DNA from: Plasmodiophora brassicae
Taxonomy: Eukaryota
Length of the DNA: 64,000 nt
Direction: 5' to 3'
Assembly (NCBI GenBank): GCA_036867785.1
Contig: CP145417.1
Coordinates: 310,001-374,000 of the forward strand
Part shown: in pieces, positions 11,065 to 22,920 of the stretch
Position numbering within the stretch: the first letter of the stretch is position 1
Layout of the letters: each line of letters starts with the position of its first letter
Position numbers and translations under genes: made by a program
Notes under the pieces: model-generated
What the model saw: the letters and a program-made list of their open reading frames with translations, nothing else
Database searches by the model: none
What the model was told of the DNA's origin: nothing

Positions 11065-14000
11065 TTACGGCGGGGGCGGGCGTCCCTCCTCGAGGAGCAG
11101 GTCGTACTCGGCGTCGATCCAGTCCTGCATGGACAGACGGCAATCGTCGTCCCGTCTGTCCAGCGCCGTTGCGCTCGCGTTCCCCGACCGAGTTAACAGA
11201 TCCCGACAGTGGCCCACGCTCGTCATGGCGTCGACAGGCTCAGCGTGCGGTGGGCCCACGAGGAACCCGCTTTTCCTCGTCGACATGGACAGCAGACCGG
11301 TGCGGGCGTACCAGGCCCTGGTCGCCACCTGATCAGTGGCGTGGGCGAGCTCGCCTTGCACGGGATTCAGCACCCGCATCAGGTCACTGATGGCGCGGTG
11401 GTGGGCCGGACGACGAGCGTCACCCTCCCGTTGCTGCGGGTTCAGCAGCCGAATCAACACGGGCACCGTCCGTGTTCGTATCATGGCCATTCTCGTTGCG
11501 CTCGACACCGCCATGCGCCCAAGGCCGATGCAGAGCAGGACGAGGGAGTCGTCGTCGGCCACCGAGGCGTCCGGCAGGACCTGCGTGATCGTGGCCAGCA
11601 GATCCCGGCTGTCGGCGATCAGGCCGCCGTCCTTGATGTCAGCGATGAGCGCGCTGGCGATCGCGGGCAGGTCAGTGCGGCCACCGCCCGATAGACTCAG
11701 CGCGACACGAATCATGCCAGCGATGTCAGCGTCGGGTCGCACCGTCGTGGCTTTCGAGAGCACCCAGAGGGCGGCGGTTTGCGATATTACGGTCGCCCAG
11801 TGTGTCGCGTCGACAGGCGCTAACGCCGCCTTCCTCGCCAAACGTGTCACGTTCTCGATCAGGGCGCCGTAGAACGCCGTCATCATGACGTTGTCGTCGC
11901 CGTCCACCACGTCTTGAACCTTCCCTACGCGATCGGCAAAGACCAGCGCGCGATGCACCAGGGCGCTCATCGTCAACGATGACGCCGCTGGACGTGCTAT
12001 CCGATCGCCAACAGCAACCTTACTGCAGATTCGGCAGATCTCGGCAATGACCCGGACGCCATTGGGTCCAGCTATCAGATCCTCCAACGTCACGTCGTCC
12101 CGGATCAAACGATCGGCAATGGCGACGCCAAGGCTGATACCATCGTCGTCCGTACGCTTGCCGATCTGAACCAGAACGCCCAGCACCGCCTGCTGCGAAT
12201 AGAACGGGCCTGTCGGCGCCGACACGGCGGCCAGGTACACCGAGCTGTCCAGCAGTGCATCTACGACACGCATGACGGCAACGTTGGCGGCTTTGGCCAA
12301 CGATGACAGCAGGACGGCGGTTAGTCTTGGACCGTTGGGAAGGTTCGCCTCGGGACCTGTCAACCTCCGTCATTCTCCGTTCTGCCGCCAGCCGTCGCGT
12401 CGTACCGTACCCGCCGCGCGGACGACGCTGCCGGCGACACCCAACGTGACGGATCGCCACTCCGGGTCGTGTCGATTGTCGAACGGCGCCCAGTCGGTGT
12501 CCATGACGGCGTCCAGGAACGCGCTGTCGATGAGGACGTTCGGGGACGCGCCCGCGACGCCCTGTAGGACGCGAGCGGCGACGAGTCGAACATCCCGGCT
12601 GCGTTCTTCGTCGAACGCCACGCGGACAAGGGCCTTGACGTGCTGGGCAGCCGCCAGTGCAGCCCCGAGCCGACCCGCGACGCGCGCGACGGCGTCGACG
12701 TACCCGGGCGACGTCGCCCCGTCACGCAGCTCTTCGACGACGAAGTCTGCGCCCGTCGCCAGGGCCGCCGTCGACGGCAGCGGCGTCAGCGTCCAGATGT
12801 GCAGCAGGGCCACCTTGCCCGGGATCGATGTCGACGATGATGATGACGATGACCGCGCCAGGGACAGCAACGCGTTCTGGAACGCGTGCGACGACGGGTC
12901 CGCATCGCGGGCGTCGACCAGCTCGATGAATCGCTGCAGGACGCGGTAGACGGTGACGGTTGCCGACGCGGGTACGTCGGCGTAGTAAAAGAGGGCGGTT
13001 AACGGCCAGAGCTCACTGATGGAGATCTGTCCAGGTCGTGCGAACGACGAGATGCGATCCAGCGTAGCGACCGCTAAGGCGGCCTCGGTCGTATGCAGCG
13101 TCGTTGCGCGCGGGATGGCAACGTTCGGTGCGAAGAACGACAACTGGGCGACAATGCCGATATAGTCGACGGAAGAGGACAGCAGGGCGAAGTGATGCAA
13201 CGATGCCAGCGAATGAAGCACGGCGCGGATGCAGGGGCTGGCGTCGTCGTGGAGGATCTGTTCGATGCTATCCCCGAGGCGATTGAGGATGGTGATGACG
13301 GGAACGGCCATGGATGGGTGCTTGTCGGCGATTATCGCCAGGGCCGATGTGGAGCGCGACGAAACGATCAGCGGGGCCTTCGGGGACGGCTCGCTGCTGA
13401 TGAACAGCATTGCCAGTTCCATGGCCGCTGTGGACAGATCGGAGCCGGTGGTGGCGACCACTTCAAATAACGCGTCGAAACAGGCCGGCTGGGTCTCCAT
13501 ACGGATCGGGAACGCGGTGCTCTGTGACACCGATCGCGACAAGCACTGAACGAGCTGGACGATCAGCTCGTTTCGACACGTCTGAATATCGCCGGTCGCT
13601 ATCTGGTCCCGGTTGCTTGGCCGTTGCCGCTCCGCTCTGTCCTCTGTGTCTGCTGTGCTCGGTGCCAGTTCCGCTCGCTGCATGGCCGACATGACAGTAT
13701 CGAGCAGGTGCACGACGCGGACGCAGTCGTCGGCGGCGATCTAGACCATCAGCTGGCGGTCAGGTGTGACCAAGAAATTGCATGGGATGCACGGCACTTG
13801 CCTGGGTGGCAGACATCGTCGCGATTCGGTTCAGCAGCGTCGCGGCTTGGAGTTTCGTCGGTAGGTCGACGGCATTGTCATCGGCGGATAGCCAGTCGAT
13901 GAGACGAGGGATGACATCGTTCCGAATGGCGATGGTCACTGGTCCATCAGGAGCCGCCAGCTCGATAGGGTTCGCCCCATCCACAAGCTTGGACGCGATG

Positions 14001-14128
14001 TCCAATGCGCATGTCACATCTGGGGTCGTTCGAAGGTCGGCGACTAGAAGAAGGATGTCGAATGTGGACATGGGACCGGGCCCCGCAGGTGCTTCGACAG
14101 GCCTGCGACCCGACGCCGACTCCATACC
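11065..14128 (-). CDS. Large alpha-helical (ARM/HEAT-like) hypothetical protein, multi-exon
   Basis: Three long consecutive minus ORFs (13760-14167, 12370-13713, 11065-12363) can be joined by short introns, including a GC-AG intron at 13741-13801. ARM-like segments include VIPRLIDWL and TVPVLIRLL. Start uncertain. Confidence 0.65.
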
Positions 14129-14309
14129 TACCCGGTACTGGAACTCGATCCAAGAATCGAGCGACACTTCCTCACGTTGCCAGTTGCGCTTCTACGTGGG
14201 ACGCGGGCCATCGACGCAACCATCATCTGGTCGGCCAACGTTCATCGCAGGCGTTAACAGGGTCGCCTACTGGCAATGGGTACCGTCGACTGAACCGCTA
14301 TTAATCGAC

Positions 14310-15668
14310 GACATGTTGGATCGTCAGGCAACGACGCCAACGTCCAGCAGCGCGGCAGTGATGTTGCTGAGGCAGAAGTACGGCAGTGGGTTGAGTCGGT
14401 TCGAGCGCGATAACGCGGAGGCAATGGAAGCAGGACAGCGATGGATCGCTGCGCAGCGCAAGCAGATTGCATTGCTGAGGACCCTGAAACACGACGACCA
14501 TGTCGGACGACGGATCCGCCTGGCCGAAAACCGCCTTGATAAGGTAGTGAGGCGCGCCCATTGTCGTTCAGCAGCGTCCCTGATGGCTACTCAGGAAGCG
14601 GCCAAACTGCACGAGGCCGTATGGGCGAACAGAGACATGCGAAGGCGTATCGATGCCCTGTTCGACGAGTGGCAGTCGCTCAACGGGACGGCCGTTAGCC
14701 TGTCCAGCGATATCGAGACGAAGCGCAAGGAGCACGCCGATGGCAGTGCGTACATCGCCAACGCGAAACGGTACGCGTCCCCCATGGCCAACACGCACCG
14801 CGTTCCCTGACCGCCGTTCCCCAGAACGCTGGAAATCGCACAGAGGAAGATGGTCGAAATCGAGCAGGCAGCGGACCGTCAAACGGTGCGCTTCCGTGCT
14901 GGCCTCGAACGCCTCGCCGAACGCCTTCAGACGTACCGGCAGCGGGTCATGGCTAGTACGGAGATCGGCGATGACACGAAATGCAATGTACGCTCATGGC
15001 TGCCGGTGGTAGACAGTGTCGTGACTGTTTGCCCTCAGCTGCTGTCCAGAGCGGACCAGATCGGGACGCGCCTGAAGTCGTGTTCCGCTGGCACCCGCAG
15101 GAACAGTACCGAGGTCGGAGGTCTACTGCCTTGTAACAACGTTGCTCTTACATGGCTGCGTATAGTCAGCAGAGGCGGGAGAAATGTCAGCAACCTCGTC
15201 GAGCAGACGATCCAGTCTCAGGTCGGCTTTCCATTTCCGGATATTGTTCGAACCGCTGAGAAGTGTGTCAGCCTTCTAGACATGGCGTCATTTGCGCCGT
15301 CTCCATACGCAGATGATTCGTCGTCGGTGGCAACAACAGAGACCGCCCGATTGGACATGGGCGGCCCGATTGATATGAACGCCCTGCTTGGGCTTGACCA
15401 AGGCGTTCCGGAATGCAAGGACCAGGAGGTGACGGTGTCCAGTCTACCGACAATGCTTGATGGAGATAGCGCCTCAGACGACAGCGATGGCGTGGACGAC
15501 GAGGTCTGTACGCCAGTGTCGATAAGCGATCTGAGAAATCCCCAGCGGAGATTGCCGGTCGCCCAGTCGCCCAAAGTCAACTATAGCCCAAGGCCGCCGG
15601 CGACAGATCTGCCTTCCGCACCCAGCGGACGTCGTTATTCCCGATGTCATACAGCACGACCCGCATAG
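14310..15668 (+). CDS. Hypothetical coiled-coil protein, multi-exon
   Basis: Charged helical ORF segments (13782-14810 3' half, 14850-15668) are separated by short GT..AG intervals, with an acidic, Pro-rich tail. Start approximate. Confidence 0.55.
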
Positions 15669-15669
15669 T

Positions 15670-16883
15670 TTATTCGTTCACATCCGGCGTGAAATCGTAC
15701 TCGATCGTCGGGATGACGCCCTGAATGAATTTCAGGAACAGGAACATGTACGACGACACGGTGACTTCGACTGGCGACGACCGCATCATGGTTTTCACGA
15801 CAGATGCGTGCTTGCACGGGTGGATCGAGGCGCACGATATCCCGGTGATGTGGGGATGCGACTCGACCGTCACTGTCTTATGAGCGTGATCGCTGCTAAT
15901 GTCCTCCATAACCTGCTCTGGCGACAAGGGATTCCGATTCTATCCATCGCGCATTGGAAAACTAGGCCATGGAAACGCAATGGGCGTCCTAGTTGGCACG
16001 TACCTCATCGTACCCAAACAGCCACATTCTGGGCGTCTGGTAATACTTGTCGTAGCTGATCGTCAGGTCATACGTTCGCGTTCGTATCACGTTTACGTTG
16101 GTAGCGTCCACAATTTCGCAGGCGTCCAGCGCGTACGGGTCATCTTCCTGCACCCGTGGGCTCAGCGATGACCCCCCGACGGTGGCACCAGCCACACTGA
16201 CTTCGTATACTTGGATATCGGGTTCGGGAGCATTCAAGTCAAGTGCGGCAATATCCGGAATGTCCTGCTCAACACGGTCTGTATGCGTCGCGACCCAGCC
16301 ATCAGCATCCGCATCCGTTTGCTCCCTGGCGCACAGATCATGAGAACAGCGACGTCGGCGGTGCATAAACGCAAACGTGGGGTCGTACAGGACTTCTTCG
16401 GCTGCCGATTCCATGGCGTACGCATCAGCGCGTCGCATTGAAGGAACTTGAGCGCACGTCAGTGATTATATCTCGTACAATGTCAACATAGATACCATTG
16501 CGAGTGATCAAGTACTGCTTGTCCGTTGGAAGGAATGGTCGTGCGGTCCTAGACGTATCGGTGCCCCTGTACACTGGTCAAGCAACTGATGAACGCCAGG
16601 CATATGCTCACCTACCATGCCCACGACGGGCACCGTCGAACGAGCTCGTCACCAGCAATAACGAATTCTTCAGGCGTAAGTACACCTTTCTGGAGAGATT
16701 ATGCCGTTAAACGATACACGATGACCGGCGATATAACGATGGGTACCTCCAGAAACTGCGACGTCGACAGCACCGGCGTCCAATACTCAGCGACGCCTGC
16801 CGTCGCAACCGCGTCACAGCGTCAGCGACGGCGACGAACGACCCCAGGCGTCCCTCCAGACCTTTGATGAAGTTCATGGCCAT
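15670..16883 (-). CDS. ATG3: Autophagy E2-like conjugating enzyme ATG3
   Basis: [59 protein letters not shown], catalytic SIHPCKHA and [17 protein letters not shown]. Confidence 0.96.
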
Positions 16884-17031
16884 GGCTGCCACCCGCTACG
16901 CTGCCCACCAGTCGGAGCTTCGCAGCTGCGCACTGAACCGTGACGGTGATTCGCGACTCGGCGTAACGCGGGACCTGTAACGTCAACTGCGGCGTGCAGT
17001 CGTACGAGTGGGCCGAGTGATTTAGCTTTAT

Positions 17032-17688
17032 TTATGTCGATTTCTTGGTCGACGCTGCGGACGCGAAGGCACGGGACAGTTGCAGGCAGACGAGAGCGAC
17101 GACGACATGGACGACGCCGGTGCCGATGGACACGCCCTTGTCGAGGACCTGGAACGGTGCGAGTTAGCATGTTCACAAGAGGTTCTGTGTGACGAAACGC
17201 CGACCGAAAGCGCTTGCGGACGTAGGGTGGCATCCGCAATGATTGCGGCACCGGATAGTAGAGACCCGATTGCAGACGCCCCGACGGCCGCAGCCGATCG
17301 CGTTTTGAACGATGCCCCAAACGCCATGCCTGCGTCGATCAGCAGTCAGGACGCGCGGTAATGAAACCATGCGACGGCACGAACACTGAATGGCAACGAT
17401 TACAGCGAAAGCGGTCATGAGAATGTAATCAGGATCCGGGGCAAGGACGACTGTGTTGGTGCAATACAATTATCTGCACAGTGAAGCCACCGGGATGGTC
17501 GATTTCGAACCTGGTCGGGCACGCAGCGCTGCGAGGGCGATACCTAGGGCGACATCGGCAGGAAGCAGGAGGCGCAGCGTCTTCCGCGCCGATGCCGACT
17601 GTTTATAGTGACCAGCGACCTTCTGTCTGTACTCGGCATCGGTGCCGTCGGACGTGATCCCAACGGAGTGCCTCCCACGGGTCGCCAT
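17032..17688 (-). CDS. JAGN1: Jagunal-family ER membrane protein
   Basis: N-terminus MATRG...SDGTDAEYRQKVAGHYKQS resembles the Jagunal TDGSDFxHRERVAxHYQMS motif. Several hydrophobic exons follow, and the last exon ends ASTKKST* (KKxx ER retrieval). Confidence 0.75.
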
Positions 17689-17739
17689 CTCGATCAGCAA
17701 CGCCGCAGTCCGAAGTCGAACTGACGCGGACGACATTGC

Positions 17740-18430
17740 ATGGCACGCTCACGCTGGGTCGTCTGCCAGCTTCACCTGCCGCCGCACGCTAACGTGTGTA
17801 GCTGCGAGCGACGATAAATGGTAACAGCAGATACACGCTTGCGTGCCGTTAACGCAGGGTTCGCCTTCAGATGTGCACATCCAGCGTCGTCATATGGTTA
17901 TCGGCGTATCGCAAAGGCGTACGAGCAAGGGTTCTCATTGGATGATGCTCACGCAGGCACTTGTCCTATGTCAACCAGCAGCCTATATCTGTATGGACAA
18001 TCGACAGGAACTCACGCTCTGTGACTGTTTACGAGATGGTCGAATCTGTAGCAGACACCACACTATGTTATGACGTTTATGAACAGTGCCTCACAATTTG
18101 CCTCGGCAATTTGGACGATGTACCTTGAATTTCGTAACTTGGCTCCCAGCCACATGGCGAGCTGTGAACGACATGCGTGCCGTGTGCGGGCAGGTCGTCG
18201 GCTACCACATGCCCAACTTAATTGGCAGGTATGCTCTATGCCAATAACAGGACGTTGCTGGCGTTGTAGCCATGATAGCGACCGTTTGAGATGTGTTCTA
18301 AGTGGCTATGAACTCTTGAGGATCGGGTAACGGCCGTAAACAGTCCACCTTCAGACGATCGGCAGTCGAATGTGCACACGTCAAGGAGTCGAGCAGATTC
18401 TATGGGATTTATAACCCAGGACGGTGTGCG
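17740..18430 (+). CDS. Possible small multi-exon gene (weak resemblance to proteasome assembly chaperone 3)
   Basis: Several short GT..AG-bounded segments give ATINGSPSDVHIQR, HWMMLTQ and TICLGNLDD. I could not assemble a full frame. Confidence 0.22.
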
Positions 18431-18433
18431 TGT

Positions 18434-19542
18434 TTATGACGATGATTTCGTCGGTTGTGTGAGACAGGTGCCGTTGTTGAAGATTAGTCGGCTGAACTCG
18501 TCGCTGTGCGCGGCATCGGACACAAGACGCGAGATTTCGTCAATGATCCGATGCACGGCCGGGAATGCAAGCGGCGGCAGCCCATGCGAATCCTTCGACA
18601 CTGAATCGATGACTTGGTGGATGGGCAGAACAAGCCGCGAGGTCGACGTCAAGAACGCACCGAACCTATGTAAGTAGATCCAGTGTGTGTGAGATCATCG
18701 CAGAGGTAGGAGGAGTCGCGGTACCAACCAACTGGAACGACTCGACCACGATGGCGACCGCTCCACAATGCCAATATCATGCTGACGGCAGACGTGCATG
18801 ACGATTTCCCTGATGGAACCCGCCAGGACGCCATCCCGAACTGGAGCCTGCCGCGCCCCTTGAACCGTTTGACCCATCGACAACGCGCGAAATGCCTACC
18901 GTCTGGACAACCTGATCAGCGCCGATGACGAAGAAATTGCTGGACAGGCCTTCGAGAACGGCGCCCTCGTCGTTGACAAGAACTACGTCGTCCGCCTCAG
19001 GCGCCGTCCGCCTGTCGAGCAGCCCCTGGCGTTCGACGACCCATTTGGAGTCCTTCGTGCTGCCGTACTTTGCTCTGGATCCCCTCATCGCCTCCACGAC
19101 AACACACGCTCCCGTCTCGCGCTCCTTCAGGATCGACAGATGCACGGCCACCTCTCCAGACATGTCGACGACCACCGCAACGTTCAACTCGTCATCACCG
19201 TCCCCACCCGCCGACATCGCCGACCGGATCGCGTGCAACACATCGCGTTCCAGCCGCCCCGGCTCCACCCGCGTCCGATCCGCACCGATCGCCATGGCCG
19301 ACGTCGACAGCCGCTGCAGGTGATGCTCGAAACACAGCAGGCGCTGTCGGTTCTGCGTCGTCCTCATGACCGTGTACGCCCCTGCGTTGCACCGCACGAC
19401 GTTACTCCTCGCCATGTGGCACTGGCAGACGTAGAATACCACGGGGCGCCGCCAGCAGGAACGCATGACGCGACTCGGCGACGGCGGACACGACGCCGCC
19501 CCGATAAACAACGAACATGCCGTCGCCGCCGCCGTCGCCCAT
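18434..19542 (-). CDS. Aminotransferase class IV (PLP fold IV, BCAT/ADC-lyase-like)
   Basis: PRGAYTVMRT, FEHHLQRL, VVLVNDEGAVLEGLSSNFFVI, VLAGSIREIV and FLTSTSRLVLPI across spliced exons. Confidence 0.85.
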
Positions 19543-20114
19543 CAGACGACGGGCGCAGTTGTTTCGGCGGGCGCGTCACGACTGACGCCCTCCCGCGTTT
19601 GATCGCGAAAGGGTACCCATCGTTGTCGTACGGTCGGGCCTGGCTGCAAATGTCGCTGGCCGGGTGCATGGCCGGGTGTGTGCGCGTACCTCGTCGAGCG
19701 TCGCCTGACGGACTGCTGGGCGACGTCCGTGTTCGTGACGTCGACAACGGAGACGGCGTTCCTGGCGTTGCAAACGCTGTTCTGTTCGTGCGGTGCTGCG
19801 CCCTCCTGCGGGGCAGCGGTCGTTGCTGCGCGTCCAGGTGCGCCTGTCCGTCACGATCCTGGCGCTGCTGGAGGCCTGCGTCTTATCACACGAGGGCGAC
19901 ATGTGGATCGATTCCGGCACTCGCTCCAGGTCCCCAGCGCGGCACGAGCATTTCCCGATAAATCACCACCTTATGACGCTGCTGTGCCTTATCGGGCATG
20001 GCTGAATCACATCCGGACCGGTTAGGGATGCACCGCCCGGCAACGTGCTCGCTGGTACCTTTTGCTAAATGTCAACAATAGCGGATCACATGGTGTACAC
20101 GACTGCGCTTCGAC

Positions 20115-21525
20115 ATGCCCGCTAGCTCGATTACTGCCCGGCAAGCATGGGGGGCGGTTGCCATCGTGCAATTCCTGTATCAGGCTGCGACCATCGGTGC
20201 GCTCTACCGGTGCAGGGATCGCGACCCCATTCGGCATCGGCGACCGCTGTTCCTGATGATATTCGCCGTGTCCAACATGGCGCTGGCGACGGTGGTCCCC
20301 TTCCAGGTCATCCTCGGTAATCGGCTGACGATTGCGGCCAGCTCGATTATTGTCACGCTTCTGGTCAGCGCCATTGTCGACTCCCTGCTCGTCGTTATCG
20401 CCTCGATATACCTGGCGTTTCAGTGCACCCAGGTGCAGGCTCTCCATGGACCGTACCCGACCGGTATGGCATGTCCCGACTACAAGCACCTGCTGCTGTG
20501 GAGGAAGCTCAGCAACAATGCATTCGGGATAGCCTTTGTGGTAGCGAACCAGACGATCGCGTTAGCTGCCGTCCTGGTGTTCCTGTCGTTGCACCCCCAG
20601 CTCTGGACGATGGTGTTCGACGACGCAGACTTCTCGACGTTCTCCAGCCCGGAATATGTTGTCATGTCGATCGGGAACTTGATCGGACTGAAAGGCGTCG
20701 CGATTGGGCTTACCATCGGGTACAAGATCCGAATGGTCAGCGACGTCCATGGCCTGAAACGGACCGTGCGCATATCGTCCTACATCATCCTGCTGTGTCT
20801 GGTCGCGTTCGTTGCACTGGGTCAGCGCCTGCGACAACAGTACGGCAGCATGTTTGACCCATCGTACGTGTTCCTGGCGCTCCTAACGAACGGCACGTTC
20901 ATCTCGTAGGGATACCTGCGTCACACGCCCTTACTCATCTGTATTGACTGGTGCCGTCTCCGATAGGATTATACTGCATCCAGTCCTTATCGCTTACCCG
21001 AATGCATCACCTGTGAACGACGTGCAAGAGTCGGACTTCGAGACCTTCCTGAGCACGACGGAAGGGTACGAAGCCTTCCGACGGCACCTCATCGAGGAGT
21101 GCTCCATGGAGCATCTCCAGTTCTGGCACGCAGCGCGACAGTTCCGAATCGATTACGACTCGATGGGACATGCGGAACGCTGGAACAACGCTACGATCAT
21201 CTACGAAACGTACTTGTCGTCGTCGGCGCCTCTGCAGGTCAACCTGTCCAGTGACATTTCCGATCATTATGCACGACTGTTTGCCAGGAGCTCCCGTGGC
21301 AACCAGGTGTCTCCCGAAACGCTTATTGGTCGCGATGTGTTCAGTCGGGCGTCAACTGCCGTTGTCCAGCTGATGGTCTTGGACTCGTTCGCCCGCTTCA
21401 AATCCAAGCATAGAGATCTGTGGGAGGCGTTCCTCGCCCGACGCCGCGAGCAGCTCATCCTGGATGGGATCTCGGCGCCCATGAAGCCGACCAGCACAAG
21501 CCTCGATTTCGCTATTCACGGCTAG
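20115..21525 (+). CDS. 7TM-RGS protein (multi-TM N-terminus plus RGS domain)
   Basis: About 6-7 hydrophobic helices in 20115-20909. After one short intron comes an RGS domain: FLSTTEGYEAFRRHLIEECSMEHLQFW, IYETYLSSSAPLQVNLS, QLMVLDSFARF. Confidence 0.88.
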
Positions 21526-21588
21526 ATTGTAACCCATGTCCAGCTGTTGATATAATATAGGAGTAATACATTATACCTAGCAAGAGCG

Positions 21589-22563
21589 TTACGCTTTGGC
21601 AACCCAGGGATGTGATCGAACGTCCTTAAGGGATAATCGCTGAGCGGGATCGACTACAAGCATCTTGTGGAGGAGGGCCTTCGCCTGGGCTGTCAGTTTG
21701 CAGTTCATATTGGGGACCGGGCCCTTGTTCTTCGTCAAATCCAACGAGTCGGGGAACTTCAGCATCCAGCCGTTCTTCCTGAATTGCTTCTCGTCCGCTT
21801 CGGGCATCTGGCCAGCTAACATTTGATACAGGATAGTGCCCAGCGACCAGACATCGAACTTCTCGCCGGATGTCAGCACCTTCTTCTTTGATAGTGCCTC
21901 TGGTGGTCGGTAATCGGCAGTGCCCTTGTTGGTCGGATCAATAAGGTTGCCGTCGTGCTTGACCGCCAACCCAAAGTCAATAATTTTCACTCTCCCATCG
22001 CGTCCGAGCATGATGTTGTCCGGTTTCAAGTCCAAATGAGCCACGCCGTTCTTGTGAAGGAATTCCACGCCAGTCAGGATCTGCACGAAGTACTCACGAG
22101 CTTGTTTGTCACTCCACCCGCAGATGTTCTTGCGACCTCGAGGCAGCTTGTCATCCAGGGCACCGTTCGGGGCGTACTCCATCGCAATTAGCATCCCGAA
22201 CTTCTCGTTCACGTCAATCGCGCTGTCCAGGAACCCGATAATGTTCTGGTGGTCGGGCACATGTTTCATGATGACGACCTCATTCGCCGCATCGTCGGTG
22301 ACTTCCGTCATCTTGACGATGGCAGGCTTGCCTGTCACCATGTCGATCGTCTTGAAGACTTTCCCGAACGCCCCGTTCCCGATCTCTTTCAGCCCGTCCG
22401 ACATGAAACGCTGCCTGAATGCATCGACCTGGGCAACGCTGGTGCTGTCTGCGTATCCAGAGTCACGCCGCTTCATGTCCCCTAACTGCCCGTTCTTGAC
22501 CGCGACCACGTTACCGACAACAGCCACAGCAACAGCCACGGCCATGTACATTGTCGCATTCAT
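21589..22563 (-). CDS. Ser/Thr protein kinase with predicted signal peptide, intronless (copy 1)
   Basis: GNGAFG, AIVK, HLDLKPDN, DFG, GTADYRPPE and DVWSLG. Hydrophobic N-terminus MYMAVAVAVAVVGNVVA. Confidence 0.95.
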   Translation of the reverse strand: MNATMYMAVAVAVAVVGNVVAVKNGQLGDMKRRDSGYADSTSVAQVDAFRQRFMSDGLKEIGNGAFGKVFKTIDMVTGKPAIVKMTEVTDDAANEVVIMKHVPDHQNIIGFLDSAIDVNEKFGMLIAMEYAPNGALDDKLPRGRKNICGWSDKQAREYFVQILTGVEFLHKNGVAHLDLKPDNIMLGRDGRVKIIDFGLAVKHDGNLIDPTNKGTADYRPPEALSKKKVLTSGEKFDVWSLGTILYQMLAGQMPEADEKQFRKNGWMLKFPDSLDLTKNKGPVPNMNCKLTAQAKALLHKMLVVDPAQRLSLKDVRSHPWVAKA

Positions 22564-22920
22564 AATTGTTTGCGGTCCGACAATTTGCTTTGTGAGGCGG
22601 TCCGCTGGTCAGCCGGCCCGAACAATCGCCAGCAGGATTGTTGGTTTTGCAGGCCACAGCCGCGTGGCTTGCTATTTTTGGCGTCATCGGGGACACGGGC
22701 CGGGTTGCGCCAAGGCCAACGCCGATGCAACGTCACTGGCGACGACCGCGAACAGTCGCAGGAAGTGACTTTGTAGCTATTTCCTGGGATGTTGTCTCTA
22801 GGCCCGGATTGCGGGATTCGGGATAGGAATTAGAGTTGCTCTTCCAAGCCGGGACTACCGAAATGAACCCGCGACGTCCTATGGGAGTTAAATATTCTAT
22901 AACTGCGCTGTATAATACTA

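Noticed and set aside
17080-17361. Acidic 93-aa plus-strand ORF
   Set aside because: It is antisense to the better supported Jagunal-like exons.
19650-20025. Small plus-strand gene upstream of the 7TM-RGS gene
   Set aside because: The frames are short and could not be spliced into a convincing protein.
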